Source: Mobula hypostoma (Eukaryota). From it: a stretch of 64,000 nucleotides of DNA. Position numbers and translations under genes: made by a program. The stretch is taken from positions 239,632,001 through 239,696,000 of the forward strand of contig NC_086097.1 in assembly GCF_963921235.1 (NCBI RefSeq), written 5' to 3'. Positions 22,912-36,300 of the stretch are shown one piece after another (positions within the stretch are counted from its first letter, which is position 1; each line of letters opens with the position of its first letter). The notes under the pieces are model-generated. The model searched no databases and was not told the DNA's origin. It saw only the letters and a list, made by a program, of their open reading frames with translations.

Positions 22912-23573
22912 AGGAGAAGATGGCAGTGCGCCCAGCCTCTCCGGTGAAGGTTATCTGTTATCTGTCAAGTAGGGGACCATACACAATTCTGATTTGACGG
23001 AGACGGACGTGAGAGTACGGAGAAACATCTGGAAAACTTCTGAAATGCCCACTTTGCTGCCACTGCTACTGTGTGGTAACCGGAATCTCCGGAGTAGAAG
23101 GCCCTGAAATCCTTGGCTTTGCGTGTTTCAGTGGCCGGGGCGAGGTCGAAGGCGCTCGGCAGAGGATGGCACTCAGGAGGCTGTATCGGAGGGGCTGGTT
23201 GGAGGCTTGAAGTTTTCGGACGGATGGACTCAGGGCCGGCTGCTTCCAAGGCATCAGCAAGTTGACGGTGCCTAGAGGTTTATGGCAGGGAGTTTCTCCC
23301 TTTTGCCGCCTGCTATCGGGGACTCGGGAGTCGATCGACTCGGGGGCTTTTGAGACTTTTTTTTACCGTGCCCATGGTTTGTTCTTCATCAAATTATGGT
23401 ATTGTTTTGCATTGCTGTAACTATATGTTATAATTATGTGGTTCTGTCACTGTTAGTCTTTAGTCTGTCCTGTTTTCTGTGATATCACTCTGGAGAAACA
23501 TTGTATAATTTCTTAATGCATGTATGCATTTCTAAATGACAATAAAAGAGGACTGAGTGTTCTCATAATCTAA
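22912..23573 (+). mobile_element. Non-autonomous retroposon of about 660 bp with AAGATGGC head and AATCT tail (copy 1)
   Basis: Colinear with 53327-54007; no credible ORF; no pol III A/B boxes seen. Confidence 0.8.
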
Positions 23574-23606
23574 AAAAAATCTTGCAGGAACAGCACTTTA
23601 ATTATG

Positions 23607-24356
23607 TGAAGTCCCTTTTTACTTGGGTCTCTGGAAATGCAGCCCGTTAGCCCGTCACTAACAGCCACTGGACTCCGCGGTGAGAAAAACACCTTACTTC
23701 GGCTTCGTTCGTCTAAGGTGTACAGGTATACGACTTTGGTCCTGCCAAATCTGCGAGGCTCGGATGTCTCACCCACCCAACTCCCAGTTTGTGTGAATGC
23801 TGTGTGATTTACTCCACATCCCCCCTCCCCCAGCAATCGCCCGTCAGCATGAAATAACAGATCGTACACTGTATGCAATTACAAAGAAAGTATATTTACA
23901 AACTTCAACTTAACCAAAGAGGTAGAATAAAAGAACGAAAAAAACCAAAAAGTGCCCATTACAATTAAAAGTCAAATGTGCACACTTTGGAGCTCAAACC
24001 TTCAAAAAGCCATATTCACCATCCTCAGTAGATCTCAGCACCTTGGGCTCCATCAAATCATGCATTTTTACTGGAATGAATCCCATGGCCGTTTCTCTCC
24101 AGCATCTTCTGTCCTCGTCTCCCGCCAACCAAAGCCCTTGACCTACACCAGTGTCAGTCACAAACCCCGCTCCCCCAGTCTTCTCTAGAATCTTCTCCCA
24201 GTTCCACTCTCCAGAATGGATAACACACATTCCTCATCATCCCTTATCCTTAATGGTAACCTGAACGCTGCCAGTAAGTATATGGCTTCTACATAAAGCC
24301 TATTACATGAAATACCCTAAAACATCAGCAGTAAAACCTTTTACCAAGGTGTTACA
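23607..24356. mobile_element. Probable solo LTR, about 750 bp
   Basis: TG...GTTACA ends flanked by TATG on both sides (23603-23606, 24357-24360); only one copy in the window. Confidence 0.5.
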
Positions 24357-24864
24357 TATGTAAATGAGAAACAAAAGGAAGGTGGCTTCCACATCAATTG
24401 ATAATCCTTCCAGTAAAAATTTGCCTCCCCTTTTCCTCTTTTCCCATTCCCTACTCTATCATCTTACCTCTTCTTCTCACCTGCCAATCACCTTCCCCTA
24501 GAGCCCCTCCTCCTTCCCTTTCTCTGATAGTCCACTCTTCTGTCAGATTTTGTCCTCTCCAGCGCTCTGTCATTCCCACACATCTTTTCACTCCATTTGG
24601 CTAAATTAAAGGACCCCAATCTGAAAGAAGATCTTGATTATTCAGACATTAGAGTTACAGTTTATTTTGCCAAATGGAGCTACACTCGTTAGGTTCCAAT
24701 GTAGGTGTTTCCATGTTTCTTATATAATAAATATGTCTGTGATTAAATAAAGCTAACCTCATCAAAAGGTAGGAATTAGTCCTCTTTTGTGTGGGCTAAA
24801 TGCATATTCTCGTACCAAATGCATATTAAAATCTGCTCAGATACTCAATTGGTCCAAGAATCCT

Positions 24865-25315
24865 CATTTCAAACTCTATATCTCATTAAGAGATTGAAGA
24901 GAATTGGTTTGTCACTTAAAACACTCGAAAACCTACAGATATACCATGAAGAGCATTCTGCCAGGCTGCACCACTGTCTGGTATGGGGAAAATGCTATAG
25001 GACAGGATCTTAAGAAGCTACAGAAAGTTGGAAATTTAGTCAGCTCCATCGTGGGTATTAGCCTCCATGGTACCCAAGACATCTTCAAGGAGCATTGCTC
25101 CAGAAAGGTGGCGTCCATTATTAAGGACCCCCATCACCTAAGACATACCCTCGTCTCATTGTTACCAGCAGGAAGGAGACACGCAGCAATTCAAGAACAG
25201 TTTCTTCCCCTCTACCATCCAATTTCTAATGGACATTGAACTCATGAACACTACCTCACATTTTTTTTCTGTTTTTGCACTATTTTAATTTAACTATATA
25301 ATGTACATATATACA
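24865..25315 (+). mobile_element. Rex1/Babar-type LINE 3' fragment
   Basis: YRYTMKSILPGCTTVWYG...VASIIKDPHH..LLPAGRR. Confidence 0.8.
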
Positions 25316-25968
25316 CCCCAGTGTATCCGAGCTGAGTGCTTCTTTCTGTCAAATGGGATATAAAGTAGGTCCACAATTCACAAAGAAACCAATATGAGAG
25401 AGGATAGCAAAATCAGCAAACACCGTAAATCTGTTTGATCAAAGAAATACACCGTAAATTTTAAAAAAAAGTACTGCAGATCCTGAAATCTGAAATTTCT
25501 TAACAATAAGTGGAGTCCGTGGAGATGGATGAAAGCTTCTGATTAATTGTCATCAAGCCAAGAAGTTAAGTCTGTTTATGTCTCACAGATGCTGTCTAAC
25601 CTGCTGAATATTTCCAGCATCTTCTGTTCACACCCTATCAGTTGACCTTGTATTTGTTCGATTGTTATGTTATTAGCTTGTGGTGACCCACTTTCTAGCA
25701 CACACGAACCGGCTCATGAAACAACGCGCGCAGGCAGAGGGCCGGCAGCAAAAAGGGCGCCAGGCCATCTTCACCAGCAGGGGGAAAATCCCGCGCACGG
25801 ATAGGGTCTGCGATTATGCATTCCCCACAGCAGTCCCGCCCAGGGAGGGCGGGAACGGGAAGGCTTTAAAAGCAGGCTGCGAAGTTTGAATAAATCTCTT
25901 TTATCGCAACTCCAACTCACCGACTCCGTGTGGTTATTCTAGCGCTGTGTGTAGCACACCGCTACAAT

Positions 25969-25982
25969 TGGTGACCCCGACG
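25969..25982 (+). promoter_or_regulatory. Primer-binding site, tRNA-Trp (also 39593-39606)
   Basis: TGGTGACCCCGACG, 2 nt after the 5' LTR. Confidence 0.85.
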
Positions 25983-26006
25983 GCCCAAACAATATTTGGG
26001 CCAGAG

Positions 26007-29000
26007 ATGACCGACGCTGCATCTGTTCATGCAGTTTTGTTACAACTGCCAAGCTTTTGGGCGCTGCGACTCCGTCTGTAGTTTGAACAAGCAGTAGCAC
26101 ATTCGGTAGATAACCTCGGAGTCCATTTGTTACTGCTACGTGCTGAGCTCCCTCGACCAGGAGACTGCTGCACAAGTTGAGGGGTTTATACAGTCGCCCC
26201 CAGAGGACGGCAAATACACAGCATTCAAAGCCCTGCTCATAAGGACGTTTGGACTCTCACGGCGCGAACAAGCACGCCGCTTAATGCACCTGGATGGTTT
26301 GGGAGACAGGCCGCCATCAGCATTAATGAACAAAATGCTGGCCGTGGCTGAAGGACACAAACCCTGCCTCATGTTTGAGCAGGCGTTCCTAGAGCAACTG
26401 CCCGAGGACATATGCCTGCTGCTGTCCGACACAGATTTCAGCAACCCCCGGGAGGTGGCGGCCTGAGCAGATGTGCTTTGGAATGCCAAGAAGGAGAGAG
26501 GGGCATAGGTCGCACAGATCACCAAGCCGCGTGCCCAATGACAGACCACACCAGGCCTGGCAGCAGAGCCCAACGAACAATGGTGTTTCTACCACCAGCG
26601 GTGGGGCACAGAGGCCCGCCGCTGCAGACCACCCTGCAAATTCCCGGGAAACGCCAGGGCCAGCCGCCGCTGATGGCTACGGCGGCTGGCCATCAGGACA
26701 GCCTCCTGTACGTCTGGGACAAGCAGTCGGGACGCCGCTTTTTGGTCGACACCGGAGCGGAGATCAGCGTCTTACCTCCAACGAGTTATGACACCTGCAA
26801 CAGAGAACCGGGACCCACCCTGAGGGCCGCTAATGGCAGCACAATACAAACCTACGGCACCCGCACGGTACGGCTACAGTTCAGCTCCAGCCGGTTCACA
26901 TGGGACTTCACACTGGCCGCCGTGGCCCAACCACTCCTGGGGGCAGATTTTCTGCGAGCCCACAACCTGCTGGTCGACCTGCAAGGGAAGCGATTAGTCC
27001 ACGCCAAGACTTTTCAAACGTTCTCCCTGGGTGAAAGCAAAGTTGCCAGCCCCACACCTGGACTCCATCACGCTGTTCGACGACAAATTCACCAGGGTCC
27101 TGGCGGATTTCCCATCAGTACTGACACCGCAGTTCACGGCAGCCATGCCCAGACACAGAGTACAGCACCACATCCCGACCCAGGGACCACCCCTCCACGC
27201 CCGTGCTCGAAGGCTTCCCCCGGACAAGCTCCAACTGGCGAAGGAGGAGTTCAAGAAGATGGAGGAATTAGGGATCATACGACGGTCCGACAGCCCATGG
27301 GCCTCCCCCCTGCACATGGTGCCCAAGGCAACAGGGGGCTGGAGACCATGCGGTGACTACCGCAGACTGAACGAGGCTACAACGCCAGACCGCTACCCTG
27401 TGCCGCACATTCAAGGCTTCGCAGTAAACCTACACGGCGCAAGGATCTTTTCCAAGGTAGAGCTCGTCCAGGGATACTATCAAATCCCGGTGCATCCGGA
27501 TGACATCCCCAAAACAGCACTCATCACCTCGTTCGGACTTTTCGAATTCCTCCAAATGCTGTTTGGTCTAAAGAATGCTGCACAGACGTTCCAGCGGCTA
27601 ATGGACGCGGTGGGACGCGACCTGGACTTTGCATTCATCTATTTGGACGACATCCTCATAGCCAGCAGTAGTCGGCAGGAGCATCTGTCCCACCTCCGCC
27701 AGCTCTACTCCCGCCGGAGTGAATTCGGCCTTACAATCAATCCAGCCAAATGCCAGTTCGAACTCGACACCATCGACTTCCTGGGCCACGGGATTACTAA
27801 AGACGGGGCAATCCCGCTGCCCGCCAAGGTAGACGCGGTCCGCCACTTCCCCCGACCCAACACAATCAAAGGCTTGCAGGAATTCGTGGGTATGGTGAAT
27901 TTCTACCACCGTTTCCTCCCCTCAGCAGCCTGAATTCTGCGTCCCCATTCACCCTGATGTCGGGTAAGGGCAAGGACATTACCTGGGACGAAGAGGCCGC
28001 AGCCGCTTTCGTTAAAACCAAAGAAGCCTTGGCAAACGCCGCGATGCTAGTGCACCCCAGAACGGACGTTCCTACTGCCCTCACGGTGGACGCATCCAAC
28101 ACAGCGGTCGGTGGAGAGCTGGAACAACTCATCGAGGGTCGCTGGCAACCCCTGGCGTTCTTCAGCAAACACCTACGACCACCCGAACTCAAATACAGTG
28201 CGTTCGACCGGGAGCTATTGGCATTATACCTGGCAATCTGGCATTTCAGGTACTTCTTAGAAGGTAGGCCCTTCACCGCGTTCACAGACCACAAACTGCT
28301 TACCTTTGCGTTCACTAAGGTGTCCGACCCCTGGTCGTCCCGCCAGCAGCGACATCTGTCCTACATCTCCGAGTACACGACGGACATCCGGCACCTGTCG
28401 GGAAAGGACAATGTCGTGGCGGACGCACTTTCCAGACCAACCATACAGGCCCTGTCCCAGGGGGTGGACTATGCAGCGCTGGCAGAGGTACAGCAGGCAG
28501 ACGCTGAGATCCCCAGTTACAGGACTGCAGTCTCCCGTTTGCAGCTCCAAGGCCTCCCCGTAGGCCCAGGTGAGAGGACCCTACTATGTGACGTAGCTAC
28601 CGGCCAACCCCGCCCCGTCGTCCCAGCAGCCTGGCGCCGGCGGGTTTTCGAATCCATTCACAACTTAGCGCACCCCTCCATCAGGACAACCGTCCGGCTG
28701 GTCTCCAACAGGTTCGTGTGGCATGGGCTTCGTAAACAGGTCAGTGAATGGGCCAAAACATGCATGCAGTGCCAAACGGCCAAGGTGCAGTGGCACACCA
28801 AGGCTCCGCCGCAGCAGTTCGAACCCACCCGCCGGAGGTTCGACCACATCCATGTGGATATCGTGGGGCCCCTGCCAGTGTCGCGAGGAGCGCGGTACCT
28901 CCTAACTGTGATAGACCGGTTCACCAGATGGCCGGAGGCAGTCCCGCTCACCGACACCACCTCTGAATCCTGCGCCCGAGCACTGATCGCAACCTGGGTA

Positions 29001-29921
29001 GCCCGCTTTGGGGTACCGGCCCACATTACCTCCGACAGGGGCGCCCAGTTCACCTCCAGCCTGTGGTCGGCTATGGCCAGACTTTTAGGAACACAGCTAC
29101 ACCACACAACTGCCTACCACCCACAGTCGAATGGACTAGTGGAGCGTTTCCACCGTCAGCTGAAGTCGGCTCTCATGGCCCGCCTGGAAGGGCCTAACTG
29201 GGTGGACGAGCTTCCCTGGGTCCTGCTCGGAATCCGCACGGCGCCCAAGGAGGATCTACACACCTCGTCGGCCGAGTTGGTGTACGGCGCACCCCTGGTA
29301 GTCCCAGGAGAGTTCATACCAGCCCCAAGGGGACAAGAGGAAGAACCCACAGCAGTCCTGGACAGACTACAGGAGAGGCTCGGTAACCTGGCCCCCATTC
29401 CCACTTCACAGCACGGACAGAGCCCGACCTGCGTACCCAAAGACCTGCAGAACTGCAAGTTTCTTTTTGTATGACGGGGCGGACACCGGGCACCGCTACG
29501 GCGACCCTACGAGGGGCCGTTTAAGGTGATCAGGAACAACGGGTCCACGTTCGTGCTGGACATTGGGGGGAGAGAGGAGGTTTTCACGGTGGACCGACTC
29601 AAACCAGCCCATGTGGACTTGGCGCAGCTGGTCCAGGCTCAGGCACCGCGGCGCAGGGGCAGACCTCCCAAACAGAGGCCGATCCAGACTGTGGACATTG
29701 GGGGAGGTATCGCCGGTTCTGGGGGCGGGTTATGTGGCGACCCACTTTCTAGCACACACGAACCGGCTCACAACAGCGCGCGCAGGCAGAGGGCCGGCCC
29801 CAAAAAGGGCGCCAGGCCATCTTCACCAGCAGGGGGAAAATCCCGCGTGCGGAAAGGGTCTGGGAACATGCATTCCCCACAGCAGTCCTGCCCAGGGAGG
29901 GCGGGAACGGGAAGGCTTTAA
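26007..29921 (+). pseudogene. Gypsy gag-pol with several frameshifts and stops
   Basis: FLVDTGA (PR), YLDD (RT), TVDAS...DRELLA (RH), [24 protein letters not shown] (IN). Confidence 0.93.
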
Positions 29922-30055
29922 AAGCAGGCCGCGAAGTTTGAATAAATCTCTTTTATCGCAACTCCAACTCACCGACTCCATGTGGTTATTCTAGCACTAT
30001 GTGTAGCACACCGCTACAAGCTCACATTTTCAGCAATTTGCCATACAACATATAC

Positions 30056-30372
30056 AGGATCTCCCAGTGGCCACACATTTTAATTCCACGTCCCAGTCCC
30101 ATTCTGAAGCAGGGTCTCCCAGTGGCCAGACACTTTAATTCCATGTCCTATTCCCATTCTGATATGTCAATCCACGGCCTCCTCTACTGTGAAGATGAAG
30201 CCACACTCAGGTTGGAGGAACAACACCTTATATTCCGTCTGGGTAGCCTCCAACCTGATGGCATGAATATTGATTTCTCTAACTTCTGTTAATGCCCCTC
30301 CTCCCCTTCTTACCCCATCACTTATTTATTTGTTTATATGTTTGTTTGTTTATTTATTTATTATTTCCCCCC
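30056..30372 (+). mobile_element. Penelope-like 3' end, left part (continues at 46337-46702)
   Basis: PVARHFNSMSYSHSDMSIHGLLYCEDEATLRLEEQHLIFRLGSLQPDGMNIDFSNFC*; about 55-bp partial tandem at the 5' edge. Confidence 0.85.
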
Positions 30373-32003
30373 TTTTATTTCAAATCATTTTATTGTTGTA
30401 TTATACAAAAGAAATAACACGAGTACATCGAAGTAACAACACTTACAATGTCTCAAAGAAAAAAAACATTATCTTAAAGATTGAAAAAAAATCTTGTGAT
30501 AATAAAAATAACCCCTATTAAGCAGAGAAAGTGGGGGAAAAAACCCCATTAGGTGTTCAACCCCGGAGCCATGCATCATACAAAAAGCTTCTAAAAGTAA
30601 ACGTCAAACCGCCAGCAAGAAAGAAAGATATACCAAAAAATTCACAAGCAGATCGTGGAGAAAATCTATCCATTAGCTCAAATAATAATAATGAGCAAAT
30701 GAACTCCATCTTTTCTCAAAATCAAATAAAGGTTCAAAGGTTCGACTTCTAATTTTCTCCAAACTAAGACATAGCATCACTTGAGAGAACCATTGTGACA
30801 AGGTGGGAGCTGATGTATCCTTCCATTTCAACAAAATGGCCCTCCTAGCTATCAATGTAACAAATGCAATAACATGTTGGTCAGACAAAGATATATCATG
30901 AATATTTTGAGGAATTATTCCAAAAAGCACAGTTAATTTATTAAGTTGTAGATTAATTTTAAGTGCTTTAGAAATTGTTGAAAAAACTGACTTCCAGAAC
31001 TGTTCCAATATAGAACAAGACCAAAACATATGTGTCAGTGTAGCTATCTCAGTTTTACATCTATCACAATGACTATCAACATTAGAAAAGATTTTAGAAA
31101 GTCTCTCCTTCGTCAAATGATAACGATTTGATAAGGTACCACACATGAGGCTACTTAACAAGATAAGAGCCCATGGAATTATGGGAAAGTTACATACGTG
31201 GATAGAGCGTTGGCTGATTGGCAGGAAACAGAGAGTGGGAATAAAGGGATCCTATTCTGGTTAGCTGCCGGTTACCAGTGGTGTTCCACAGGGGTCTGTG
31301 TTGGGGCCGCTTCTTTTTACATTTGTTACATGCTCAAGGAGATCTGTTTTTTTTGTGAGAATGCTGTCATGGTCTTTTGGAGGTCACCTGATGTGATTTT
31401 CCCGCCGTTGTGAGGTCACGTGATGACATGTGCCCCGTGACTATATAAGGGTCGACTCAGGTGACGCAGTGGGTTTTTGAGTTTGTAGATTTCCAGGTAA
31501 AATGTGTTGTGCCTCCGTTTCTGTTGCGTGTCTGTTTTTGTGACACAGTTTCATTTTTAAAACAGAAGGTGCGTTCTCTTACAAGATATTGTATTTGAAC
31601 TAGAAATTTGTGGCTGGAAGTGTCAATTCGCTCAATTTCAACAGTTTTGAAGGGAGAGTGAAGAATTCATCGAAGTGAAGGATCGAGAGAAGTCGGCATC
31701 GTTTGGCAGTTTAATAAAGGATCGACCTTATTGAATCTTCGTTGAAGAGAACCTGCATTGAGATAACTCTTGCAATAGCGCAATGAGTTCATGCACAAAG
31801 GCTCTCTCTCTTTAAAAGGAATTTAAGGTCAGTCAATTTAAACTGTTTATTTTCGACATCGGAATCCTGTGGACAGAACCGGCAGTAAAGGTGCTTTGAT
31901 GAAGAAATCATTCTCCAGAGAAGTCTCTCCCAATTGAATGTGTAAAACTGTTGGACTTTTGAAATTATCGCTTTAAGAACTATATCTGACAGTATTGCTT
32001 TAA

Positions 32004-32987
32004 TGACTATATATATTAATGACTTGGATGAGGGAATTAAATGCAGCATCTCCAAGTTTGCGGATGACACGAAGCTGGGTGGCAGTGTTAGCAGTGAGGA
32101 GGATGCTAAGAGGGTGCAGGGTGACTTGGATAGGTTGGGTGAGTGGGCAAATTCATGGCAGATGCAATTTAATGTGGATAAATGTGAAGTTATCCACTTT
32201 GGTGGCAAAAATAGGAAAACAGATTATTATCTGAATGGTGGCCGATTAGGAAAAGGGGAGGTGCAACGAGACCTGAGTGTCATTATACACCAGTCATTGA
32301 AAGTGGGCATGCAGGTACAGCAGGCGGTGAAAAAGGCAAATGGTATGCTGGCATTTATAGCGAGAGGATTCGAGTACAGGAGCAGGGAGGTACTACTGCA
32401 GTTGTACAAGGCCTTGGTGAGACCACACCTGGAGTATTGTGTGCAGTTTTGGTCCCCTAATCTGAGGAAAGACATCTTTGCCATAGAGGGAGTACAAAGA
32501 AGGTTCACCAGATTGATTCCTGGGATGGCAGGACTTTCATATGAAGAAAGACTGGATGAATTAGGCTTGTACTCGTTGGAATTTAGAAGATTGAGGGGTG
32601 ATCTGATTGAAACGTATAAGATCCTAAAGGGATTGAACAGGCTAGATGCAGGAAGATTGTTCCCGATGTTGGGGAAGTCCAGAACGAGGGGTCACAGTTT
32701 GAGGATAGAGGGGAAGCCTTTTAGGACCGAGATTAGGAAAAACTTCTTCACACAGAGAGTGGTGAATCTGTGGAATTCTCTGCCACAGGAAACAGTTGAG
32801 GCCAGTTCATTGGCTATATTTAAGAGGGAGTTAGATATGGCCCTTGTGGCTAAAGGGATCAGGGGGTATGGAGGGAAGGCTGGGGCGGGGTTCTGAGTTG
32901 GAAGATCAGCCATGATCATAATAAATGGCGGTGCAGGCTCGAAGGGCCGAATGGCCTACTCCTGCACCTATTTTCTATGTTTCTATG
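32004..32987 (+). mobile_element. CR1 3' fragment inserted in the 5' LTR; nearly identical to 144-1120
   Basis: ORF 32003-32896; absent from the 3' LTR; TTTAA on both sides (31999-32003, 32988-32992). Confidence 0.95.
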
Positions 32988-33196
32988 TTTAAGAACTGTT
33001 TTCGCATTTAACACTTTAAGAACCAGAGCCGAGTGGAGTTGATGAACTGCTGCGTACCCGTTTAACCTCCGGTTAAAGTTTTCCTTTTTGTTTTCTTTTC
33101 CCTTATCGCTTATATGTGTTTAATAAATGTTTGGTTGTTTTCATAAAACCTGTCTCGATTAATATTTATTGTTGCCAGTTACGTAACATAATTTTG

Positions 33197-33212
33197 TGGG
33201 GGCTCGTGGGAT
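33197..33212 (+). promoter_or_regulatory. Primer-binding site, tRNA-Pro-like
   Basis: TGGGGGCTCGT--GGGAT compared with canonical TGGGGGCTCGTCCGGGAT. Confidence 0.75.
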
Positions 33213-33322
33213 ATGTTCCGATTTTGAGTTTAAGTGCTGGTAATTGCCATTTTGATTTGGAAAGGGAATATCCGATTTTTTTTTGGTTTGATTGGTGTGT
33301 GTGTGTATTGTATTTGGCAACG

Positions 33323-36300
33323 ATGGATATTGACGAGTTTTTGAAGACGCCTGACTCGGGATTTTTAGAGAATGCAAGAAAACCTGTGGTATTGGAGATT
33401 GCTAAGAAGTTGGATATTAAAGGAATTACGAGAAATTCTACCAAGGCTTTCATACAAAGGAAAATTGCTGAACATTATATTAATTTGGAATGTTTTGAGG
33501 AGGAGGTGTTAGAGGTTTCCAATGAGTAATCTGGAAATGCAGTTGCATCTTGAACAGTTAAAGTTTGAAAGGTTTAAAGTGGAAATGAGAGCAAGAGAAG
33601 CTGAAAACCAGAGGAAATTTGAGCTAGAGATGGAGAAAATAAGGTCTGGGAATAAGTCTTCTGGTTCTACAAAACAATTTATTGCTAGTCGTGAGGTTGT
33701 TTTGGCTCCTCCATTTAATGAAACTGATGTGGATGCATATTTTCAGCTTTTCGAAACAGTTGCACTGAGTTTAAAGTGGCCGAAGGACCAATGGCCAATG
33801 ATGTTACAAAGTGTAATTAAAGGCAAGGCACAACAAGTTTATACAGCTTTAAATGCTGAACAAGCACTGGATTATGATATTGTTAAAGAGAATATATTAA
33901 AAGCATATGTGATGGTTCCGGAAGCGTATAGAGAAAGATTTAGAAGTTTAAAGAAATCGGTGGAAAAAACTTATGTGGAATTTGCTTATGAGAAATCTGT
34001 GTGTTTTGAGAGATGGGTGTCCTCTAAAAATGTGAATGGGGAGTATAATAAATTGAAAGAGCTGATTTCGCAGGAGGAATTTAAAAGAAGCATTCCTGTT
34101 GAAGTAAGAACATACTTAAATGAACGGGACACTGCTACATTGCAGAAGATTACTAAATTGGCTGATGAGTATATTTTAATTCACAAGAATAAATTTTCTC
34201 TGGGTAAATTTTTTAAAAGGAAAACTGGCACAGAGAGTCAAGTATTATTTGTAATTATTGTAAGAAACCTGGACATGTAGTGGCTAATTGCTTCCGATTG
34301 AAACAGAAAGAGAAAGGAGTGGCCCCAGATGCTTGTGTGCAGCATACTGGAAAACCTGTAAAGCTATAGGGTTTAGAAAATATTAATGAAGATGTGTCAG
34401 AGTCTGACCAAGTTAAGAAGGGATATGAAGCTTTTATAACAGAAGGATTTGTATCCTTGAAAGAAGGATTCAATGCAGTACCGATAAGAATACTTAGAGA
34501 TACTGGAGCTTCACAATCACTATTATTAGACAGTGTGTGAAGGTTTAATGATGAGTCTGACACTAGTGAGGTAAATTATATAAGAGGAGTAGGGAGTGCC
34601 CTTATGCCAGTACATTTACATAGAGTAAATTTAAGGTCAGTATTAGTTACAGGGGTTGTTAAAGTAGGATTACAATCCAGTTTACCTGTGAATGATGTTT
34701 CTCTTTTGTTAGGGAATGATTTAGCAGGTGGACAAGTTTTTCCTGAAGTGCATTTGACAATAAATTCAAATTCTGAGGAACCACAGAGGGATTCTAACAC
34801 AGATTCTTCCTGTGTTGTAACAAGAGCTATGGCTAAAAAGACTGATGTAAAGGATGTGGTTGTTACCCATGACAGTTCAAATTAAGATTCGAATTTTGAG
34901 GATGTATCAGAAACTTTCTTACCTATCTTATCTGATCAGGATTTTGATGGTAAGTCTGATCAGGAAGATTTGTCTTTATCTCGGAAGGAGATGATAGCAG
35001 AGCAGAGTAGGGATTCTGAGATAGTTAAATTAAAAGAACAAACTCTTCCAGATTATGAAATTGGAAAAGTACCAGTTGGATATTATTTTGAAAAGGGGGT
35101 ATTAATGAGAAAGTGGAGGTCACCTACAATTCGCGCTAGAGAGGAATGGAAAGTTAATCATCAGGTTGTTGTTCCTAAAATTAACCGAAATGAGATTTTG
35201 ACTATGGCTCATAGTATTCCTTTGGGTGGTCACTTAGGGGTAAAGAAAACTATGAACAAAGTTTCTAAACATTTTTATTGGCCTAGTTTAAGACAAGATG
35301 TGGCAACATTTTGTAGAACATGTCACACATGTCAAATTGTTGGTAAACCTAATCAGGTTACTCCAGTGGCTCCACTACAACCAATTTCTGTATTTGGTGA
35401 GCCGTATTATAAAAAAGAAGTTGCTACTATGACTGTTGTGATTAATAATGAGTCTGATCTTGATGAAAACTTACTACAGGATTCATCTGAAACTCATTTT
35501 AAACCCAACATTATTTCAACCAGATTCTCAAATTCAAAAATTCTGGAAAACATTGATGAAAAATTAGCTCATTTACAGCCAGAACAGAGAGCGCAGATGA
35601 AAAAGTTAATTTTTAAGTACAGAGATTTATTTCAAGATGTCCCTAGAAGAACCACCGTAGCTACACATGATGTAGATGTGGGAGATGCAAAACCCATAAA
35701 ACAACATCCATATCGAATAAACAGGGAAAAATGTGAACTTGCTGAACCGGAAATTAAGTACATGTTAGAGAATGATATTATCAGACATTCTAATTCAAAT
35801 TGGAGTTTGCCGTGTGTTATGGTGCCTAAACCAGACAATAGTATTAGGTTTTGTACGGATTACAGAAAAGTGAATACTGTGACAAAGACTGATGCTTATC
35901 CAATCCCTAGAGTAGATGATTGTGTGGATAAAGTTGGACAGACCAAATTCCTTACAAAAATTGATTTGTTAAAAGGTTATTGATGTGTTCCATTGACGGA
36001 TAGAGGTAGAGAGATTTCAGCATTTGTAACCCCAACTGGGTTATATGAATATAATGTTCTTCCATTTGGGATAAAGCATGCACCGAGTACTTTTCAGGGG
36101 ATGATTAATGGCGAGATTCAGGGATTAAAAGATACAGATGCCTATATTGATGATCTGGTTACAGGGAATAATACGTGGAAAGCACATATTGCGGTGGTGG
36201 AGAAATTATTTGAGAGACTTTCAAAAGCTAACTTAACTATCAACTTAGCTAAAAGTGAATCTGGGCATGCCACAGTGACTTACCTTGGTTATGTTGTGGG

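Larger units (their letters stand above)
25679..30018 (+). mobile_element. Ty3/Gypsy LTR retrotransposon, full length (GC-rich family, copy 1)
   Basis: LTRs 25679-25966 and 29733-30018 (TG...CA), TSD AGCT, tRNA-Trp PBS, PPT, gag-PR-RT-RH-IN order. Confidence 0.97.
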
